64,000 nucleotides of DNA from Thermoplasmatota archaeon. Its GTDB lineage: Archaea; Thermoplasmatota; JAKEGO01. Made by a program: the position numbers and the translations under genes. Below the pieces are notes generated by a model. It made no database searches. It was not told the DNA's origin and saw nothing but the letters and a program-made list of their open reading frames with translations. This document shows, one piece after another, positions 1 through 10,000 of the stretch. Every line of letters starts with the position of its first letter. The first letter of the stretch is position 1. The stretch spans positions 192,001 to 256,000 of the forward strand of contig JANQNK010000020.1 of assembly GCA_028279595.1 (NCBI GenBank), in the 5' to 3' direction.

Positions 1-2
1 AG

Positions 3-3000
3 AATACCGTCTATGCCCAGAACATCAACATCAGCGGGAACACGACGTGGGACGCCTCCAACATAATGATGGACTGTACCTCGGACCTCGAGTACCACAT
101 CTGGGTGCATAACGGGGGCGAACTGAACATAATCAACGACACCATGGTGTCCAGGAACGGCTCTTTCAACTACGAGTTCCAGCTGCAGACCGGCGGTGCC
201 CTGTTCATCAAGGATTCCATCATCGAGTACATCGGTTCCTCATCGGGAACGGGCAACGGTGAATACGGTCTCTATCTCGGAGCTTCCGCTACCATCGTGA
301 ACGGTACCTTCAGGAACTCGTACAACGGGATACTCACCGACGCATCCGGCATCGACATCTCGATGTCGACCTTCGGTTCCAACACGAGGTACGACCTTCG
401 CACCGTCAGCTCCGACGATGTGATGGCGGAGGACAACTACTGGGGATCCGTCGACGAGGTCGATATCAGGACCGGGATCCACGACAGCGTGGAGAACGCC
501 GGACTGGGTACTGTCGACTACTCGCCTTGGTACGACGCGACCTTCATGACCCAGTACAACACAGATACCGACGCCCCCTCGATCACGATCAACATGCCAA
601 TGGACAACTCGACCTACAACGCGATGGTCGAGATCAATGCAACGGTCACGGACCTCAACAGGAACGACACGGATGTCTGGTACAGGTGGGACATGGGCAC
701 GCCAGAACTATTACCTCTCGACTCCGGGGACTGGTTCTCCATCATGAACGATACAACCCTTCTCATGGATGGAACCCACAACCTGACGGTCATCGCCTAC
801 GACGAGATCGGAAACCAGGCTATGGAGACCACGGAGGACATCATCATCGACAATGGCCTTCCAACGATATTCATCGACTCGCCTGGTGAGGGCTTGGTGA
901 TCGGCGGTTCCGTGGAGATCAACTCATCCGTCGTCGACGACAATCGGAACGACACGGATGTCTGGTACTGGTGGGACTCGGATGCTCCGACCATTCTACC
1001 TTACGACACGGGCGATTTCTTCATGACATCGTTCGACACCACGACACTTTCGGACGGCGTCCACAACCTCACGGTCAAGGCGGTCGATGAACTCGGCAAC
1101 GAGAACATGACGACAGTCGAGAACATCGAGGTGGACAACACCGCGCCGACGATAGTGATCCTCGAACCTACGGCGGACGAATACGAATCAAAGCGGGTTA
1201 ACGTAACGGTTAACATCACAGATGCCAACAGGAATGACGCGGACGTCTGGTACTGGTTCACCGACGAGGGACCGGCAGCACTTCCCTTCGACAGCGGCGA
1301 CACGTTCTCCGGCTTCAACAACACCCTGGGCGAGGGCATCACGGAGGGTTACATCAACGTGACCATCAGGGCCATCGACCTCGTGGGGAACTCGGCTGAC
1401 GCCGTCGTCAACTTCACCCTCGACAACACCGCTCCGACCATCGTCATCAACCTCCCTGGGATGGACGACGTGATAGCCGGTGTCGTCGACCTCAACGCCA
1501 CCATAACCGACGACAACCTCGACACGTCGACGATCACATTCAGGTACTTCCTCAATGACCCGACCGATCTGCCCGTCCATTGGGGCGACTTCTACACGGC
1601 CTCGAACGATTCCGTGGCCGAGGGATGGCTCGATGACGACGCCAACGTGACCGTGATGGCATCCGACCTCTCGGGCAACATGGCCCAGGAGACGGTCGAC
1701 ATAATCATCGACAACACAGCTCCGGTGGTCAACCTTGGTCTGATAACCGACACGACCATCGGCTCGACGAGCCTTGTGAAGGACGGAGATGATGTTAGCG
1801 TCTACGCATTGGTAACCGATGACAACATACACAATATCACGGCGAACCTGACCGACCTCGGAGGATCGATGTACGAAACCCCGACGGATGAGAACCTCGC
1901 GACCGGTGAATTCTGGTGGAACCTCACCGGAGTGACCTGCACGCCCTCCGACGGAGAGATCAACGTCTCGGTAGTGACATATGACGAGGCGATGGCATCG
2001 GATTCCGATCACTCCATCACATTGTCCGACAACACCGCACCCATGGTAGCGATCAACATGCCAACGGAATCCGACATAATGGGGGGCAACATCACCATCA
2101 ACGCAACGGTCACCGACCTGAACAGGAATGACACCGATGTATGGTACTGGTCCCAGAACAAGGGACCGACCCTGCTTCCACTCATCACGGGAGACTGGTT
2201 CGAAGCGACGAACGATAGCGCAGCCTATGGATGGAAACAGAACAACAATGTGATCACGGTCAAAGCGGTCGACCTCGCCGGGAACGAGAAGACCTTAGTG
2301 GTCAATATTACGGTGGACAACACCATTCCGTCGGTCGAGATAACGGCACCTTTAAGGAACGACGAGATCGCTGGCGAGGTGACTATAACCGCCACTGTCA
2401 CGGATACGAACAGGAACGACACCGACGTCTGGTTCTGGTACGATGGCATTGCACCGGCTCTCCTGCCCTACGACTCCGACGATGAGTTCACGATCACTGT
2501 GAACAGCTCGGCGGACAATTGGACAGACGGAAGGGCTTACATAAACATCAAGGCCGTCGACCTGGCGGGAAATGAGAATTCAACCGAGACGGTCAGGATC
2601 GATGTGGACAACACTGCGCCCACTATCACATACGTTCATCCCCTGAATGGGACCTACCATGCTGGAACGATCCCGGTCAATGTCACCGTCGCCGACGTCA
2701 ACAGGAACGATGGCAAGGTGAGGTTCTGGATCGACGACATGAGCGAGAAGTGGAGGGTCAATCACTCCACCGAGAACAACTTCTCCGCAGAGCTTGTCAC
2801 CATCAACACGGAAAAAGAGCCTCCGAAGGTTGGCGTGGACGACGGCATTCACACGATGATAATCACCGCGGAGGACACCTACGGCAACAAGGGAAGGGAG
2901 ACGATAGAGTTCTTCGTCGACAACAAAAGACCGCTCGTCAATTTCATCTCACCGCTGGACGGTGAATACTACAATGGGACCTTCGAGCTCAACATCACCG

Positions 3001-6000
3001 TCACTGATACAGTGGGCCGTAACAATTCGGCGGTATGGTACTGGTTCGATGGCGATGAGGCCAATCCGATCCAGCTGCCCTATAACACCGGAGACTGGTT
3101 CACAACGACGATCGACACCGTCGCCCTAGGATGGGAGGACGGTGAACATACCTTGGACATCAACACCACGGACCTTGCCGGAAACTACAAGATCACGAAC
3201 ACCAACGGCTCCTCCCAGACGATAACCTTCACCGTCGACAACACGATCCCAGAGATCAACGTCACATCATTCATGGATGGGGATTATCTTTCCGGCACCG
3301 TCGATATCAGGATCCTGATCAACGAGACCAACCTCGATGAGGATGACGTCTGGTACTGGTGGAACGAAGAGGCCATGGATAATCTCCCGCTCATCTCCGG
3401 TAACGAGTTCGGCACGACATTCGATACCGAGACCGTAAGCGATGGTCTCAACAACATATCCTTCATGGTGGTCGATCTGGCGGGTAACTCGAACATGACG
3501 TCCATTGTCAACTTGATCTTTGACAATACCGTTCCCGAGATATTCATACAAACTCCTCTTGACGACGCTGTCGTCGACGGATGGATCGAGGTCAATGTCA
3601 GCGTTATCGATCTAAACATCGGGAACGAGAACGAATCCGTCTATTACTCCTGGCAGGGGGATGAACACTCACTCAACGCGACCGGTGATACATATTACAA
3701 CACCACGATCAATACCTCACGACTGACCGAGGGATCTTCAACGTTCACCATCTACACGTACGATAATGCATCGAACTACAACTCCGCACAAATAACGATA
3801 ATCATCGACAGGACGGACCCGGTCCTGTTCTCGGACACACTCACTGATGGGTCGTTCGCCCTAGGGACGTACGACCTCGAGGTCGAGGTCACCGAGACCA
3901 ACATCAACCAATCCATGGTGTTCTACACGTTCAACGGGACGGACTACCCGATGACGCATCTCGTGGGTATCACGTACAATGCGACCTTCAACACCAGCCA
4001 CTTCGCCGACGGGCTCTACCAGATAGAGTACAAGGCGTATGACCTGGCGGGGCACTTCGGAAACACCACCCATATCAACATAACAATAGACAACACCCTG
4101 CCGGAGCTGGAGCTCCTCTCACCGATGGACAACAGTCTGCTCAGCGGCGATGTGACCATCAGCGTCAACGTCAACGACACCAACATTGACAATTCCAGCG
4201 TCAGCTTCCTTGTCACTGGCAACCTCGAGCAGTTCCTCAGCAACGATACGACCCCGGACGATTGGCATTTCGAGAGCGTGAACGATACCGTGGATGAGGA
4301 CTGGGAGGAAGGCAACCTGACCATCACCATTCGCGCCATCGACCTCGCTGGCAACATGAACGAGACCTCCATCGATGTCGTGCTCGACAACACGGATCCG
4401 GGATTCAGTGACGTAATGCCTGAAGAGAACGAATTCCTCAACGGAACCTTCACGATCTCCGTCACGATCGACGAGGACCACCTCGACCCCGCGAACGTCA
4501 CTTGGCACAGGAGCGGCGAGGACTTCGAACCGATGGACACTGACGACAACATCACCTTCTACAAGGTCATCGACACGATCACTGACGGCTGGGACGATGG
4601 TGTCGAGACCATCACGATCCGGGCTATCGATAATGCGACGAACAGGAATACCCAGGATATCCTCATCGTCATCGACAACACCTTCCCGACGATCGAGATC
4701 ATCGATCCCGAGGAGGGCGCCATTGTCCTTCAGACCCATACCTTCGTTGCCGAGGTCGATGACGACACCACGACGACATCTCTCCTTACAGTCGAGATCG
4801 ACCTCGACGGTGACGGGGATTACGACGATGAGATGGACCATCAGAGTACAGACGGCACTGTCCTAACCTATTCCCACGAGGAGACGAACATGGACATCGG
4901 CCCCTACCGGCTGGACGTTCGAGTGACGGACCGTGCGGGGAATTCCGCCAATATGTCCGTGAACTATACGGTGCGTTCGGCGGACATTGTGGACCCGCAG
5001 GTCGAGATCGTCTATCCTGACATCTGCATCGAGGACGTCTACTACGTCGACGACACCGACTTCACTTTCTCGGTAAGGATGATCGACGAGAGCTTCAACG
5101 AGACGGGCATCGAGTACGAGCTCCCGGACTCGGAGGAGCGCTTCCCGATGGACTATGACTCCTTCGACGATGTCTTCGAGGCCGACCTTCAGCTGCTCGA
5201 GGATGAATACATGATCACGATACATGCCACCGACGCATCGGAGAACTACAGGAAGTACGAATTCGATGTGGTCGTCGACGCCACCGCCCCGAACGTGACG
5301 ATAACATCGGTCGCGACCGATGGGGCCGTGGGAGCCAACTTCTCCCTGAAGGCCACGGTAAAGGACAAGAACGACGACCGGTCCGCTGTGATGTGGAACT
5401 CGGACATCAACACGACATTCGCACCGATGGAATGGAAGTCCGGCAACGCATATTCGGTCAAGGTCAACACCACCGAGTGGGACTATGGCACCTTTTCGAT
5501 GACCGTCGAGGCCTACGACCTCGCCGGGAACAAGGGTAGTGCCACGGTCGTCAATGTGGAGTATGAGGAGACAGTTCCCATTGTCGACATCCTCACTCCC
5601 GAAGCGGATGAGGAGATATTGGAGGAGTTCAACTTCACCGTGGAGATCACGGATGACTACGTCGATCCGATGAACGTCTGGTTGGTACTCGACGACGAGC
5701 CCGAGGTCCAGATGTGGATCAACAACGACACCGAGGACGAGTTCTGGCGGTACATCGAGGACATTGACGTCGGATATCACTGGGTCGAGGTCTACACCGA
5801 GGACCTGGCAGGGAACTGGGCGAACGCGAGCCTTAAGTTCCGCGTTGTCAAGACCGAGGAGCAGACGATCAGGGTCGGTGGAGGCATCGAGGTCATCGTC
5901 ACCTATCAGGGGAATGGCGTAACGGCCGAGGTGCCCGATACGATTCCGACTGGAGAACCGGCGAACCGGATTTCTCTCGACATGTATGTGGAGATCAGCC

Positions 6001-6818
6001 TCGAACCGGACACGACACTTCTATCGGCCACCATCGAGTTCTCGTACGCCGCCGCCACTGGGATCAAGAAGATCGACAAGACGGCCATCGAGGTATATGT
6101 GTGGGGCTCATGGATACTCGTCGGGGATTATACGAACGAGCCGGGCCAGAGCGTGATAACCGCGAACGTCGACGAGGTAGGTATATACGCAGTGTTCGGT
6201 GGTGAAAAGGAGGACAGCACTGGACCATCAGATCCCAGCGGAGACGGCGGAGGCGGAGACGACGCCGGGCTCCCGATGGAGTTGATCCTGATCATCGTCG
6301 TGGTGGTCGTGGTCGTCCTCGTCCTCGTGATGAGGAAGAAGAAGAAGGGCGAGGAGGTGGACACGAAGGAGCCGGCGAAGCCCGACGCACAGTTCGCCGA
6401 CGGTCAACCTACGGGTGTCGTGACCGGTCCAGGCATCGGTCCGCTGGCACCGCTAACGCCCCCTGAACCGAAACCAGCACCTGCGCTTGCCGAGTGCTCG
6501 AACTGTGGAGCGATCATCAGGATGGACGCCAAGGAGTGTCCGAAGTGCGGCGCTGTATTCGACGAGGACCCGTTCGGATTCGACGATGAGGAGTTCGACG
6601 ACGAGGAGGACGAGGGCGGAGCAGAGGGCGAACCGGAGACACCGGCGGAGGGTGAGGCACCGGCCGAACCCACCGAGGAGGGGGCCGAGACACCCCCGCC
6701 CGCAGCTGAACCAGCACCCCCGCAGGAGGGCGAGATCCCGCCGCAGCCGCTCCAACCGGTCGACCCGTTGCTGGTGGACCAGCAGCAGCAGCCACCAGCC
6801 CCTCCTCCGCAGCAGTGA
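3..6818 (+). CDS. Large cell-surface protein (5'-partial): beta-helix region, ~18 bacterial Ig-like repeats, C-terminal TM, cytoplasmic Zn-ribbon and acidic/Pro-rich tail
   Basis: Frame is open from nt 3, so the start lies outside the window. N-terminal beta-helix-like segment ends in AEDNYWG...VDYSPW. About 18 repeats of D-N-T-x-P-x-I...DG-x-H-x-L-T-V-x-A-x-D-L-A-G-N with many N-x-S/T sequons. TM LILIIVVVVVVVLVLV followed by RKKKK; CSNC..CPKC. Confidence 0.85.
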   Translation, partial: NTVYAQNINISGNTTWDASNIMMDCTSDLEYHIWVHNGGELNIINDTMVSRNGSFNYEFQLQTGGALFIKDSIIEYIGSSSGTGNGEYGLYLGASATIVNGTFRNSYNGILTDASGIDISMSTFGSNTRYDLRTVSSDDVMAEDNYWGSVDEVDIRTGIHDSVENAGLGTVDYSPWYDATFMTQYNTDTDAPSITINMPMDNSTYNAMVEINATVTDLNRNDTDVWYRWDMGTPELLPLDSGDWFSIMNDTTLLMDGTHNLTVIAYDEIGNQAMETTEDIIIDNGLPTIFIDSPGEGLVIGGSVEINSSVVDDNRNDTDVWYWWDSDAPTILPYDTGDFFMTSFDTTTLSDGVHNLTVKAVDELGNENMTTVENIEVDNTAPTIVILEPTADEYESKRVNVTVNITDANRNDADVWYWFTDEGPAALPFDSGDTFSGFNNTLGEGITEGYINVTIRAIDLVGNSADAVVNFTLDNTAPTIVINLPGMDDVIAGVVDLNATITDDNLDTSTITFRYFLNDPTDLPVHWGDFYTASNDSVAEGWLDDDANVTVMASDLSGNMAQETVDIIIDNTAPVVNLGLITDTTIGSTSLVKDGDDVSVYALVTDDNIHNITANLTDLGGSMYETPTDENLATGEFWWNLTGVTCTPSDGEINVSVVTYDEAMASDSDHSITLSDNTAPMVAINMPTESDIMGGNITINATVTDLNRNDTDVWYWSQNKGPTLLPLITGDWFEATNDSAAYGWKQNNNVITVKAVDLAGNEKTLVVNITVDNTIPSVEITAPLRNDEIAGEVTITATVTDTNRNDTDVWFWYDGIAPALLPYDSDDEFTITVNSSADNWTDGRAYINIKAVDLAGNENSTETVRIDVDNTAPTITYVHPLNGTYHAGTIPVNVTVADVNRNDGKVRFWIDDMSEKWRVNHSTENNFSAELVTINTEKEPPKVGVDDGIHTMIITAEDTYGNKGRETIEFFVDNKRPLVNFISPLDGEYYNGTFELNITVTDTVGRNNSAVWYWFDGDEANPIQLPYNTGDWFTTTIDTVALGWEDGEHTLDINTTDLAGNYKITNTNGSSQTITFTVDNTIPEINVTSFMDGDYLSGTVDIRILINETNLDEDDVWYWWNEEAMDNLPLISGNEFGTTFDTETVSDGLNNISFMVVDLAGNSNMTSIVNLIFDNTVPEIFIQTPLDDAVVDGWIEVNVSVIDLNIGNENESVYYSWQGDEHSLNATGDTYYNTTINTSRLTEGSSTFTIYTYDNASNYNSAQITIIIDRTDPVLFSDTLTDGSFALGTYDLEVEVTETNINQSMVFYTFNGTDYPMTHLVGITYNATFNTSHFADGLYQIEYKAYDLAGHFGNTTHINITIDNTLPELELLSPMDNSLLSGDVTISVNVNDTNIDNSSVSFLVTGNLEQFLSNDTTPDDWHFESVNDTVDEDWEEGNLTITIRAIDLAGNMNETSIDVVLDNTDPGFSDVMPEENEFLNGTFTISVTIDEDHLDPANVTWHRSGEDFEPMDTDDNITFYKVIDTITDGWDDGVETITIRAIDNATNRNTQDILIVIDNTFPTIEIIDPEEGAIVLQTHTFVAEVDDDTTTTSLLTVEIDLDGDGDYDDEMDHQSTDGTVLTYSHEETNMDIGPYRLDVRVTDRAGNSANMSVNYTVRSADIVDPQVEIVYPDICIEDVYYVDDTDFTFSVRMIDESFNETGIEYELPDSEERFPMDYDSFDDVFEADLQLLEDEYMITIHATDASENYRKYEFDVVVDATAPNVTITSVATDGAVGANFSLKATVKDKNDDRSAVMWNSDINTTFAPMEWKSGNAYSVKVNTTEWDYGTFSMTVEAYDLAGNKGSATVVNVEYEETVPIVDILTPEADEEILEEFNFTVEITDDYVDPMNVWLVLDDEPEVQMWINNDTEDEFWRYIEDIDVGYHWVEVYTEDLAGNWANASLKFRVVKTEEQTIRVGGGIEVIVTYQGNGVTAEVPDTIPTGEPANRISLDMYVEISLEPDTTLLSATIEFSYAAATGIKKIDKTAIEVYVWGSWILVGDYTNEPGQSVITANVDEVGIYAVFGGEKEDSTGPSDPSGDGGGGDDAGLPMELILIIVVVVVVVLVLVMRKKKKGEEVDTKEPAKPDAQFADGQPTGVVTGPGIGPLAPLTPPEPKPAPALAECSNCGAIIRMDAKECPKCGAVFDEDPFGFDDEEFDDEEDEGGAEGEPETPAEGEAPAEPTEEGAETPPPAAEPAPPQEGEIPPQPLQPVDPLLVDQQQQPPAPPPQQ

Positions 6819-6872
6819 CACGGAAGAGAATTCGTCATAGCTCATCTGGTAATCGTTAATATAGCCTGAATT

Positions 6873-6888
6873 GGGAATAATTATTCCC
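6873..6888. promoter_or_regulatory. Perfect 16-bp palindrome GGGAATAATTATTCCC, candidate transcription-factor operator
   Basis: Self-complementary 16-mer in the AT-rich intergenic region upstream of the poly-Hcp gene; function inferred. Confidence 0.45.
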
Positions 6889-6995
6889 TCTTGATTTAAT
6901 AAATTAAGAGTTTGTTGATAATTAGGCGATGGGTATTTCATAGATGCGCGTCCTGTATCAACAAGGTGGGGGAGAGGACTGCTAGGTTTTCCGAA

Positions 6996-7045
6996 TTTAA
7001 ATCTGTAGCAGACCTGCACCTTCCGACTCTTGAACGTAGAGGTGA
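6996..7045 (+). promoter_or_regulatory. Candidate TATA box (TTTAAAT) and Shine-Dalgarno (GAGGTGA) of the poly-Hcp gene
   Basis: TTTAAAT at ~6996-7002; GAGGTGA at 7039-7045, 5 nt before ATG 7051. Confidence 0.55.
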
Positions 7046-7050
7046 AACAG

Positions 7051-10000
7051 ATGAACCCCAACATGTTGATGGGTCTCGTCGCTGTTCTGGCCGTAGCTAA
7101 TTTAGGCCTAGTTGCGACGACGACGATGGTCGTGAACGACGTAGCGAGCGACGAGGACAGCAGCGACACGATGGCTCCGGAAGTGCAACCGGATCCCATC
7201 GGGAACGCTGCGGCAATTTACGTCAAATTCGACGGTATAGACGGTGAAAGTACGGACGAGAACCACGACAAATGGATCGAGGTCCTCTCGTGGAGTCACG
7301 ACCGTGGGGCCGTAGACAGGTCAGACAACATCGGTTCCAGCGGAATGGACGGTGTGGCCTCGACCTCAATCGTCCTGACCAAGGAGCTCGACAAGGCTTC
7401 CCCGAAACTGGCGGAGATGCTCTCAACGGGCGGGACGACCGACGTCGAGTTCGAGATCTTCAGCCTCGTCGAGTACAATGACAACAACGACCTCGTCCTG
7501 AGAAAGCGGCCCGGCAGGATGGTCCAGTCCGGTATGCTCACTAATGCCTCGATAATGCACCAGACGACCATGCCCGTCGTCCTCCTTCCTGAGAGCGGGG
7601 GGACCGACCAGTCGCACATGACCACTCCCGGCCATAAGTACATTGACACCCTACGCGTAATGGGCGAGGAGATATCTCTCTCCTACGAGAAGATAACCTG
7701 GACCTACGATACGGGCGGAAAGGAGCACGAGGACGACTGGGTATCCCCGCGGGTCCTCGCCGCGAATGACATAGAGAACCCGTACTTCATTCCAGACACT
7801 CCGGGCGAATACGGCTTCGAGACTCAGTTCAACACAACCCTCACCTTCGATACCCCTGGCCGCGGTCCCGGAGACATCCCGCACAAGACCGAGATCGATC
7901 AGATCGGCCTTAGGCTAGCGATCCACCAGCCGGGAGGCGGCGCGACCGGTCAGTCCCGCAGGCGAGGCGTCCACCAGCCCGGCGGTAGTGCCACCGGCGC
8001 CACGCGAAGGAGGGGTGACGTGATCATGGAGGATATCACCTTGGTCAAGGAGCTCGACAAGGCTTCCCCGAAGCTCGCCGAGGCGCTTGCCAACGGAGAA
8101 CCTCTCGAGAACGCTACGATCATCCTGACCGAGCGTGGCTCGGGCGGCGGAGGAGGAACGGTCTACCTCAAGATAGAGCTCGAGGAGGCTATCGTCAGTT
8201 CTTATTCATCCGGCACCGGCTCGACGAGGGCGCCCGACTGGCGCGTGGAGATAGAGTTCCCGGATCGGGATGTCTCTTCAAGCAGTGGCGGGTTCGACAC
8301 CGAGATGGTCTCACTCTCGTTCCACATGGCCAATATCACATATCCGGGCGCGGGCCCCAACGGCACCGACATGGTACTGTCGGCCGATCCCATGCTTCCC
8401 CGCGACGGGCGCGTGTTCACCTCGACCTTCCTTCACATCCACGGCTTCGAAGGAGATGTTGAGATCGAGGGCCGCGAGGGCACAGTCCTCCTGCACGAGC
8501 TCGGCCACGCGATGGGCGACCCCCACACGAGGTGGGACCCACTCATGCTCGATCTGAGCCGTAGTTCGGTCTCCTTCACGAAATACATCGACAAGGCCTC
8601 TCCGTTGCTGATGCGGCGCATGAACGACGGCGGGACCCTTAACGCGACGATCTTCGTCGACGAGTACCGAACACATTCGAACGGGTCCATCGAGCGGGTC
8701 GAGTACATGAAGTACGAGCTGAAGAACGTCATGGTGACGTCCGTCTCGACCGGCGGGTCCGGCGGCGAGGACAAGCTCACCGAGAACGTCTCGCTCAACT
8801 TCGAGGAGGTCAAGACGACCTATGTGGAGATGAAGGAGTCCGCGACTTACATAGCAGGTGATCCACGCGAGGACCAGTACAGCATGGACATGTTCCTGGA
8901 CATCGAGGGCGAGGGATTCGAGGGCGAATCGACCGCTCGCGGCCACAAGGACGAGATCGACGTCCTTGCCTGGAGCTGGGGCGTATCTCAGTCCGGCTCG
9001 TTCCATGTTGGAGGCGGCGGCGGTGCTGGCAAGGCGAACTTCCAGGACATAACGATCGTCAAGCCCATCGACAAGTCATCACCGATGCTCATGCAGGCAT
9101 GGGCGAACGGCGACAGCCTTGGGAACGGAACATTGAGCCTTGTGAGGCGGGGAGAGACCAGCCCAATGGTCGAGGTCGAGATGATCAGCATGCAGCTGAC
9201 GTCCATCAGGACCGTCAGCTTCGTTCCGGAGATACCCACAGCTAGTGACGAGTCCGGGGAGTTCTGGTTCGAGGGCCTGCAGCCAGGGAGGTACGTCTTC
9301 CCCGCATTCAGTGCATCGGGGACTGGGAACCTCTACGAGGAGATAACCCTCAAACCGATCAGGCTGGAGCTTGCCTACGCAGATCCCGGCGACGGAAGCG
9401 GTGAGATCAAGGTCGTTCTCAAACACGACAACTCGGGGATCGCTCCTCCCCAGACCGAGATAACCGTCCAATATGAGGGCCTTAGGGGATTCGATCCCAA
9501 TCCTGACGACCTCTGTTACCCATGGCGCTATGAAACAGGGCTCCATGTCTCGACAGACAGACAAAGCGGAAAGATAATTGGTACCCGGATGCATTCACCG
9601 TTCTCCATCGAGACATTCTACGATCCGGCATCGCCATTCTTGAGGCAGGCACTCACCACTGGTGACGAATTCAACGTGACCGTCAGTGTTAATCGCGTCG
9701 CAGCGGACGGGTCCAAGGAGAACTTCTACCGTTACAAGCTCGTGGATGCGATAGTGTCTTCTTACTCCGTGAGTGGAAGCACAGGCGGAGATCTCCCAAC
9801 CGAACAGATATCCTTCCTATACGAGACGATGACCACTGAATACGTCCTTGACGGCATCAAGGAGGACGATCCGGGAGTGTTCGGAGGCCGTGGTGGAGGC
9901 GCCATCTATCTGCACGTGAACGGGATCGAGGGCGAGTCCACGGATTCCGGCCACGAGGGCTGGATCGACGTACTCTCGATCGACTGGGGCCTTTCATCCA

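Noticed and set aside
8485-8517. HELGH as an active zinc metalloprotease site
   Set aside because: It aligns with an Hcp beta-strand and has no surrounding zincin domain; kept only as a grafted-motif observation.
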